Source of the DNA: Longimicrobiales bacterium
GTDB taxonomy: Bacteria; Gemmatimonadota; Gemmatimonadetes; Longimicrobiales; Gaopeijiaceae
NCBI GenBank assembly: GCA_965248195.1
Contig: CBDFIQ010000001.1
Coordinates: 736,001-800,000 of the forward strand
Length of the DNA: 64,000 nucleotides
Reading direction: 5' to 3'
Shown here: positions 57,892 through 64,000 of the stretch, one piece after another
Layout of the letters: each line of letters starts with the position of its first letter
Position numbering within the stretch: position 1 is the stretch's first letter
Position numbers and translations under genes: made by a program
Notes under the pieces: generated by a model
What the model was told of the DNA's origin: nothing
Databases searched by the model: none
What the model saw: the letters and a program-made list of their open reading frames with translations, nothing else

Positions 57892-59790
57892 TCAGCTCTT
57901 CGCCGCCACCTCCATCGGCCCGTTCCGGCGCCACCGCCGGACCTCGAGGATCAGGCTCTGTAGATCCGCCGGGGACACGCCCGGTATCCGGCCGGCCTGC
58001 GCCAGCGAGGACGGACGCACTCGCGCTAGTTTTTCCCTCGCCTCGAAGGAGAGGCTCAGGAGCTCTTCGTAGGGAAGCTCATGGGGGATTTCGAAGTCCG
58101 CCTGCTTTCGTAGGCTCTGTGCTCGCTCCGCCTCGCGCCGGACGTACCCCTCGTACTTGATCTCGATCTCGACCGCGGCCAGCGCGTCCGCATCCGCCGC
58201 GGGGTCGAACGTAGCTCCTCCGACGCTCGCGAGCCCGCTCGCGGTCACTTCCGGACGCTTCAAGAGCTCGGACGCACGGGTAGACTGGCGTACCGGGCTG
58301 CTTCCGCATTCCTGCAGCATCGCGTTGAGGGCCGCCGGTTCGATGACGGTTTCAACGAACCACTTTTGGATGCGAGTCTCTCGTTCCTCGAGCGTGGCCA
58401 GCGCCGCGCCCTGCACCTCGGTCAGTAGACCGACCTCCCTCGCACGCGGACCGAGGCGTCGGCTCGCATTGTCCTGGCGAAGCAGGAGCCTGAACTCGGC
58501 TCTGGATGTGAACAGGCGGTACGGCTCGTCCGTCCCCTTCGTGATCAGGTCGTCGATCAAGACACCGATGTAGGCCTCGTCCCGCTCCAGCACGAACGGT
58601 CCCCGTCCGAGGACTCTCAGAGCCGCGTTCGCTCCCGCCAGCAGCCCCTGGCCCGCCGCCTCCTCGTAACCGGTCGTCCCGTTGATCTGGCCCGCGAAGT
58701 AGAGGCCCGGAAAGGCCCTCACCTCCAGGGTATGCCTCAGTTGGTGGGGCGGAAAGTAATCGTATTCGATAGCGTACCCGACCCTCGTCACTTCCACACG
58801 CTCGAGGCCGGGAATGGTACGGAGGAACTCCACTTGAACGTCGGCCGGCAGAGAGGTCGAGAGGCCGTTCACATAGAGTTCCGTGGTCTCCAATCCCTCC
58901 GGTTCCAGGAAGACCTGATGACGGGGCGCCTCCGGAAACCGGACGATCTTGTCCTCGATCGACGGACAGTACCGGGGTCCCTGCCCGGAGATCTCGCCGC
59001 CGAAGAGCGCACTCCGGTCCAAGTTACGCCCGACTACGTCACGGAGCTCCGCTCCGGTCCACGTGATCCAGCAGGGTCGCTGCTCCGGGATGCTCTCCCT
59101 CACATAGGACGAAAAACGGAAGTCCTCCGGATCGCCGTCCTGCCTCTCGGTGCGAGTGAAGTCCACGCTCCGACCGTCGATTCGGGGAGGGGTGCCGGTC
59201 TTGAAGCGAGCGATTTCCAGGCCGCGGGCCTCCAGCTCCTCGGCCAACTGGACTGACGGCGCCTCCCCGGCCCGGCCCGCCCCCACACTGGCATCGCCCC
59301 CAATGTGGATCCTGCCCCGCAGGAACGTCCCGGCCGTCACCACGACCGCTCTCGCGCGCAATTCTTCGCCTCCACCAGTTTTCACTCCAGCCGCCCGGCC
59401 TTCTTCCATGAGAAGACCCGTTACCATGTCCTGATAAAGGCACAGGCCCGGCACCTCGTCGAGCGCCTTTCGCACGCCCAGGGGATAGAGGCCACGATCA
59501 CACTGGGCCCGAGGACTCCACACGGCCGGCCCCTTCGAGCGGTTCAGCATCCGAAACTGAATCCGTGCTGCGTCGGTCGCACGCCCCATGATTCCACCGA
59601 GTGCGTCCACTTCCCGTGCGACCACCCCCTTCGCTACCCCTCCGATCGCAGGGTTGCAGCTCATCTGCCCGACCCGGGCGAGATCGGGCGTGATCAACAG
59701 CGTTCGAGCCCCGATCCGTGCGGCCGCAGCCGCTGCCTCAGACCCGGCATGGCCACCCCCGACGACGATCACATCGTAAGAGCGATTCAT
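57892..59790 (-). CDS. mnmG: tRNA uridine-5-carboxymethylaminomethyl modification enzyme
   Basis: GGGHAG, MSCNPAIGG, KTGTPPR, GPRYCPSIEDK and GQINGTTGYEEAA. Confidence 0.97.
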   Translation of the reverse strand: MNRSYDVIVVGGGHAGSEAAAAAARIGARTLLITPDLARVGQMSCNPAIGGVAKGVVAREVDALGGIMGRATDAARIQFRMLNRSKGPAVWSPRAQCDRGLYPLGVRKALDEVPGLCLYQDMVTGLLMEEGRAAGVKTGGGEELRARAVVVTAGTFLRGRIHIGGDASVGAGRAGEAPSVQLAEELEARGLEIARFKTGTPPRIDGRSVDFTRTERQDGDPEDFRFSSYVRESIPEQRPCWITWTGAELRDVVGRNLDRSALFGGEISGQGPRYCPSIEDKIVRFPEAPRHQVFLEPEGLETTELYVNGLSTSLPADVQVEFLRTIPGLERVEVTRVGYAIEYDYFPPHQLRHTLEVRAFPGLYFAGQINGTTGYEEAAGQGLLAGANAALRVLGRGPFVLERDEAYIGVLIDDLITKGTDEPYRLFTSRAEFRLLLRQDNASRRLGPRAREVGLLTEVQGAALATLEERETRIQKWFVETVIEPAALNAMLQECGSSPVRQSTRASELLKRPEVTASGLASVGGATFDPAADADALAAVEIEIKYEGYVRREAERAQSLRKQADFEIPHELPYEELLSLSFEAREKLARVRPSSLAQAGRIPGVSPADLQSLILEVRRWRRNGPMEVAAKS

Positions 59791-59791
59791 G

Positions 59792-60079
59792 TCAAATGAT
59801 CTCGAAGTGGGTTGGGAGACTGTCGTCGGACCGAAAACCATCGACTCCGTCGACCCGCGCCATCGGCGGACCGGCCTCCAGTGCGGTGGCGAGCGCCTCC
59901 AGCGTCTCGACGTCCCCGGCCGCGTGAACCTCGACCGTCCCGTCCGGACGGTTCCCGACCGTACCCCGCAGGCCGAGATCCGACGCCCGGCGCTGCGCCC
60001 ACCACCGAAAGCCGACGCCCTGCACCCGTCCACGGATCCGAAAACCCCGCTGCTGCCACTCCGACTCGGAATCCCTCAT
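59792..60079 (-). CDS. acyP: Acylphosphatase
   Basis: GRVQGVGFR and G.V.NRPDG.VE. Confidence 0.92.
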   Translation of the reverse strand: MRDSESEWQQRGFRIRGRVQGVGFRWWAQRRASDLGLRGTVGNRPDGTVEVHAAGDVETLEALATALEAGPPMARVDGVDGFRSDDSLPTHFEII

Positions 60080-60112
60080 AAACGGTCCATCCTCTGCCCA
60101 CGGAAGCGCCCT

Positions 60113-61546
60113 CTACTTTCCAATACAAAATTCGTGGAAGACCCGATCTAGAATCTCGTCGGTCGAGATCAATCCCAGCAACTCCTCCAGGGCCGTCTCC
60201 GCTGGCCGAAGCAGCGCCGACGCCACCGCAACCGGCGTACCCGCTTCCAGCGCTTCCATAAACGCCACCACTTGATCGCGAGCCCTGCGGACCGCCTCCG
60301 ACTGCCGAGCTCGGGTCAGCGCCGGCACGGACGCGCCGGTCCGGACCAGCCCCCCATAGACCATCTTGGGAAGAAGCGCCTGAAGACGTCCGAGGCCGGT
60401 CCCATCGACCACCGAGAGCTCCACACTTTCGCACACATGGGCGTCCTTCAGGTCCTCGGACGCCGCATCTCCCGACGCCAGACCCCCGGACGCCGCATCT
60501 CCGGACACCAGGTCGGCTTTGGTCCTGAGTAGAACCGTCGGCACATCCGCCAGCCCCGTTAAGAACTCCCGCTCGGCCGATCCGATCTCCGAATGGGATT
60601 CTACGCAAAAAAGTACGACATCCGCGCGATCGAGATACCGGTGCGCGACCTCGATGCCCAGTCCCTCCACCCGATCATCCGAATCGTGGAGTCCGGCCGT
60701 GTCCACGAGGCGAAATGGGAAGCCCCCAACCGAGATTACGGCCTCGAGGGCATCCCGAGTCGTGCCGGGCACCTCGGTGACGATGGCCCGCTCTTCTCCG
60801 AGCAAGGCATTATAAAGGCTGGATTTTCCACTGTTCGGCGGGCCGGCGAGCACCGTCAGGGCACCCTCCCTCAGGAGCTCCCCCTCCGGCGCGGTCTCCA
60901 GGAGCTCTTCCAGAGCCTCCTGCAGAGCCGCGGCCGCAGCTACGACCCGGTCCACCGGCACGGGCGCTTCGTCCTCCTCCGGGAAGTCGATATGATGGAC
61001 CAGGTAGGCTTCGAGGGTGACGAGCTGCTCTCGGAGCTCCGCGATCCTTCGGCTCAGACCTCTCTCCACCTGGAACAGAGCCGCATCGTGCTGCGCCCTA
61101 CTGCGTCCCTCGATCAAATCGAGCACGGCCTCGGCTTGCACCAAGTCCATCTTCCCGTGCAAAACCGCCCGACGGGTGAACTCACCCGGCTCGGCCAGGC
61201 GGGCCCCCCTCGCAACGCACGCATCCAGGACCAACCGGGGCACGAGCCACCCGCCATGGCAGGAGATCTCCACCACGTCCTCGCCTGTATAGCTGTCCGG
61301 CCGCGGGAATGCGGTCACGAGCGCCTGGTCCAGGAGGTCCCCGCCCTCGCCATCCCTTACGGAACGCACATTTACTGTCCGCGGGGCGGCATCGTCTTGG
61401 TCGGGCGTGACCGCCCGGAGGATCTGAAAGGCTTCGGGCCCGGACATGCGCACCAGAGCGATCGCGCCCGCCCCGGGGGCCGTGGCCAACGCCGCGATGG
61501 TGTCCACCGCCAGCTCGGGAAGCCGGCTGGAGGCCTCGTCAGTCAC
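60113..61546 (-). CDS. mnmE: tRNA modification GTPase
   Basis: DTIAALAT, GPPNSGKSS, GTTRD, DTAG and C-terminal FCIGK. Confidence 0.97.
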   Translation of the reverse strand: MTDEASSRLPELAVDTIAALATAPGAGAIALVRMSGPEAFQILRAVTPDQDDAAPRTVNVRSVRDGEGGDLLDQALVTAFPRPDSYTGEDVVEISCHGGWLVPRLVLDACVARGARLAEPGEFTRRAVLHGKMDLVQAEAVLDLIEGRSRAQHDAALFQVERGLSRRIAELREQLVTLEAYLVHHIDFPEEDEAPVPVDRVVAAAAALQEALEELLETAPEGELLREGALTVLAGPPNSGKSSLYNALLGEERAIVTEVPGTTRDALEAVISVGGFPFRLVDTAGLHDSDDRVEGLGIEVAHRYLDRADVVLFCVESHSEIGSAEREFLTGLADVPTVLLRTKADLVSGDAASGGLASGDAASEDLKDAHVCESVELSVVDGTGLGRLQALLPKMVYGGLVRTGASVPALTRARQSEAVRRARDQVVAFMEALEAGTPVAVASALLRPAETALEELLGLISTDEILDRVFHEFCIGK

Positions 61547-63290
61547 CGCTCGTCGCGGGCTGATTGACCTGCCCCTTGTCCCTGAGCTGTTTACGCTCCC
61601 TGGCGATCAAGTATTGCTGCGGAATCGTCGCCAGATTGGACGTAGCGTAGTAGAGGTTCAGGCCGGACGCAAAATTGATGAAGATGAAGGTCATCATGGG
61701 GGGCATGATCCACATCATCATCTTCATCTGCGGGTTGGGTGGCATGGATCGCATGGAGATCCACTGCAGGAAAAACATCGAAACGCCCAACAGAATCGGG
61801 AGGATGTAGAACGGATCGGCAGCGGCAAGGTTCGGCAGCCAAAGAAAGCTCTCCCCGCGCAACTGAATCGTGTTCCGGAACACGAAGAACAGCGTGATCA
61901 GCACGGGCCATGGAAGCAGCATCGGCAGGCACCCTGCCAGGGGATTGAAGCCGTGGTCCTTGTACAGCTTCATCATCTCCTTCTGTAGCTTCTCCGGCTG
62001 GTCCTTGTACTTCTTCTGGATCTCCTGAAGCAGCGGCTGCACCGCCATGTTCCGCATCTGTGCCCGCATCGCCTTCTGGTTCAGCGGGAAAGTCAGGACC
62101 CGCATCATGATGCCGAAGATGATGAGCACCCAGCCGTACCCGACATTCAGATTGAGGTGCAGAAAGGTCAGGACCGACAAGACGACCGCCACCACGGGTC
62201 GGACCACCGGCCGCATCCAGCGATATCCGTACGGATTGGCTTCTTCCAGATCGTTCTCGAACGCCGTCAAGAGGTCGCGCTCCTGCGGCCCCATGAAGAT
62301 CCGGTGCTCCAACATCCCGTTGTTGCCCACAGGCTGAGCGACGGCGATCGCCGCCTGGTCCTCGCCCGGGGCGGGGCTCGCGGTCAGCCCTCCTAAATAC
62401 TGTCCGCTGCCCTCGCGGCCCGGGACCAATGCGAACATGAAATATTTGCTCTTGAGCGCAGCCCAAAGGAGGGGCCCCTCTTGCGTGCGTTCGGAATCGA
62501 CCCGACTGAGCATCTCGTCGTCGATCCCCTCACGCAGGTGGTTCGTCACGTACCCCATCACGCGTGACTCTTCGGTGCGGTTGCGCTCGTTATACTGGAG
62601 CCCCGAGCCCATCGACGTGACCAACAACGCACCATCGGCACCCACCACCGCGGTCCGCACGCCTATGACGTACGACGAAGGATCGAACGTGTAGGCCGTC
62701 TCGAGTGTGAGCGCGCCGGAAGGGTGGCGATACCGGAAGGTCAACGTCTGAGGCGCACTGCCCTCGTCGAGTCGCAATCCAGCGGCCGGCTCGACCTCGA
62801 ACGGCTCGGTGCCGAGATCCAGCACGCCGTCGCCTACCCGAAGTTCCATCGCCAACGCACCGTCGCTCTCCGCGACGATCAGCTCCACCGGCCCCTCTTG
62901 ATCGAACGACTGAAATTGGAGCAACCTCGCCGAGGTCAAGCGAGCCCCGGCGGTGCTCCACACGAACCGGTAGAGGGGGCCTTCCACCACCACTGTGTCT
63001 TCAGAGGCCCCGGCGGGGATCTCCTCAGGCCCAAAAACCGGGCTTGGCTCGGCCGCTGGCTGCCCCGCAAAGGGAGGAGGCACGTCGCCGGGGGTTCCCC
63101 CTCCGGCGTCTGCCCCAGGCAGGGGTATGCTCGGCGCACCGGCGTCCCCCGAACGATCGAGTTGCCCGGGCACCTCACCCTCCGGCCCGCCCACCTCCTC
63201 CGGTGGGATCGGCGGAAACAAGAGGTTCGTCCCGACGAGAACGAGAATCATCAGCGTGATCGCCAGCAGGAACCGTGCTTCTTGCGGCAT
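61539..63290 (-). CDS. yidC: Membrane protein insertase
   Basis: YGWVLI, KKYK, NPLAGCLP, FLWLPNL..DP and GLNLYY. Confidence 0.95.
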   Translation of the reverse strand: MPQEARFLLAITLMILVLVGTNLLFPPIPPEEVGGPEGEVPGQLDRSGDAGAPSIPLPGADAGGGTPGDVPPPFAGQPAAEPSPVFGPEEIPAGASEDTVVVEGPLYRFVWSTAGARLTSARLLQFQSFDQEGPVELIVAESDGALAMELRVGDGVLDLGTEPFEVEPAAGLRLDEGSAPQTLTFRYRHPSGALTLETAYTFDPSSYVIGVRTAVVGADGALLVTSMGSGLQYNERNRTEESRVMGYVTNHLREGIDDEMLSRVDSERTQEGPLLWAALKSKYFMFALVPGREGSGQYLGGLTASPAPGEDQAAIAVAQPVGNNGMLEHRIFMGPQERDLLTAFENDLEEANPYGYRWMRPVVRPVVAVVLSVLTFLHLNLNVGYGWVLIIFGIMMRVLTFPLNQKAMRAQMRNMAVQPLLQEIQKKYKDQPEKLQKEMMKLYKDHGFNPLAGCLPMLLPWPVLITLFFVFRNTIQLRGESFLWLPNLAAADPFYILPILLGVSMFFLQWISMRSMPPNPQMKMMMWIMPPMMTFIFINFASGLNLYYATSNLATIPQQYLIARERKQLRDKGQVNQPATSGD

Positions 63291-63521
63291 CTACCCTACT
63301 TCCTCGACTTCGGGGACCGGGTCATAACCCTGTCCGCCGAATGGATGACACCGCAGGATTCGTTTGAACGCGAGCCACCCGCCAGAACGCGCCCCGTACC
63401 GGTCGATGGCGCCAACCGCGAACTCGGAGCACGTGGGCGTGAAGCGGCAGGAGGGCCCCGTGAACGGAGACACCCCCCGTTGATAAAGGCGGATGGCTCG
63501 AATCATCCCGCGTCTGAACAC
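63291..63521 (-). CDS. yidD: Membrane protein insertion efficiency factor
   Basis: CRFTPTCSE and [14 protein letters not shown]. Confidence 0.95.
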   Translation of the reverse strand: MFRRGMIRAIRLYQRGVSPFTGPSCRFTPTCSEFAVGAIDRYGARSGGWLAFKRILRCHPFGGQGYDPVPEVEEVG

Positions 63522-63904
63522 AGTTCCTCCGTCATCGACTGAAGCTCATCGCTCAGCCTACGAAAACCGACCCCATAAGCTTCCCGTCGCGCCCTCACCA
63601 ACACGTCCAACGCCAGCCCCTGCTCCCTGAGTCGGGGTAGCACACGAGTTCGCCCGATCTCTCGTAAACGTCGTTTGACACGGTTCCGCTCCACGATGGA
63701 ATGCCGGTGTTTGGGGACGATCATGCCCCAACGGTTGCGGGAAGCGGATGAAGATAAAAAGAAGACGTCCAAGCTGGCCGTCTTCTTCCTCGTTCCGTCC
63801 TTGAGAAGGGATCGAATATCTCGCGCCTTGTGGATCCGCGCCGAGCGAGGTAACCGAAATCTCTCTCCTCCCAGGCCCGTCCCCGCAGCCGAGTGGGCTG
63901 CCAT
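63503..63904 (-). CDS. rnpA: Ribonuclease P protein component
   Basis: [11 protein letters not shown] motif and position between rpmH and yidD. Confidence 0.9.
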   Translation of the reverse strand: MAAHSAAGTGLGGERFRLPRSARIHKARDIRSLLKDGTRKKTASLDVFFLSSSASRNRWGMIVPKHRHSIVERNRVKRRLREIGRTRVLPRLREQGLALDVLVRARREAYGVGFRRLSDELQSMTEELCSDAG

Positions 63905-63911
63905 CACTCGA

Positions 63912-64000
63912 TTACTTCGAGCCGATCTTCACCACGAGGCGGGCGCGTCCCCGGGCCCGCCTCCTCGCCAGCGTTTTCCTCCCGCCGCGAGTCTTCATGC
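63912..64000 (-). CDS. rpmH: 50S ribosomal protein L34, 3' part (runs off the window)
   Basis: Manual translation MKTRGGRKTLARRRARGRARLVVKIGSK*. Not in the ORF track. Confidence 0.92.
   Translation of the reverse strand, partial: MKTRGGRKTLARRRARGRARLVVKIGSK

Overview
GC-rich bacterial chromosome segment lying next to the replication origin region. Gene content and protein style suggest Gemmatimonadota (inference, not tested). The right end holds the conserved rpmH-rnpA-yidD-yidC-mnmE-(acyP)-mnmG-parA-parB block, with two parS sites, an M23-bactofilin pair and a DnaA-box cluster. The middle holds lipA-pdhABC...lpdA, split by LemA/DUF2207/MFS genes. The left holds a peptidase-glcDEF-M20-GNAT-NSAR/OSBS cluster and ispH. 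A patchwork accessory region (about 16.9-38.7 kb) contains an intact IS256 inside a ferredoxin gene, an orphan SusC/SusD pair, and an uncharacterised module: a CX4CH cytochrome-like lipoprotein, an RnfD/UnbU-like membrane protein with Sel1-like repeats, and an FGE-fold protein. Other points: one in-frame nonsense gene, one frameshifted gene, a probable CTG start codon, and many short tandem duplications at gene starts and stops. I recognised no rRNA, tRNA or CRISPR array. All calls come from motif recognition by eye; no database searches were run.
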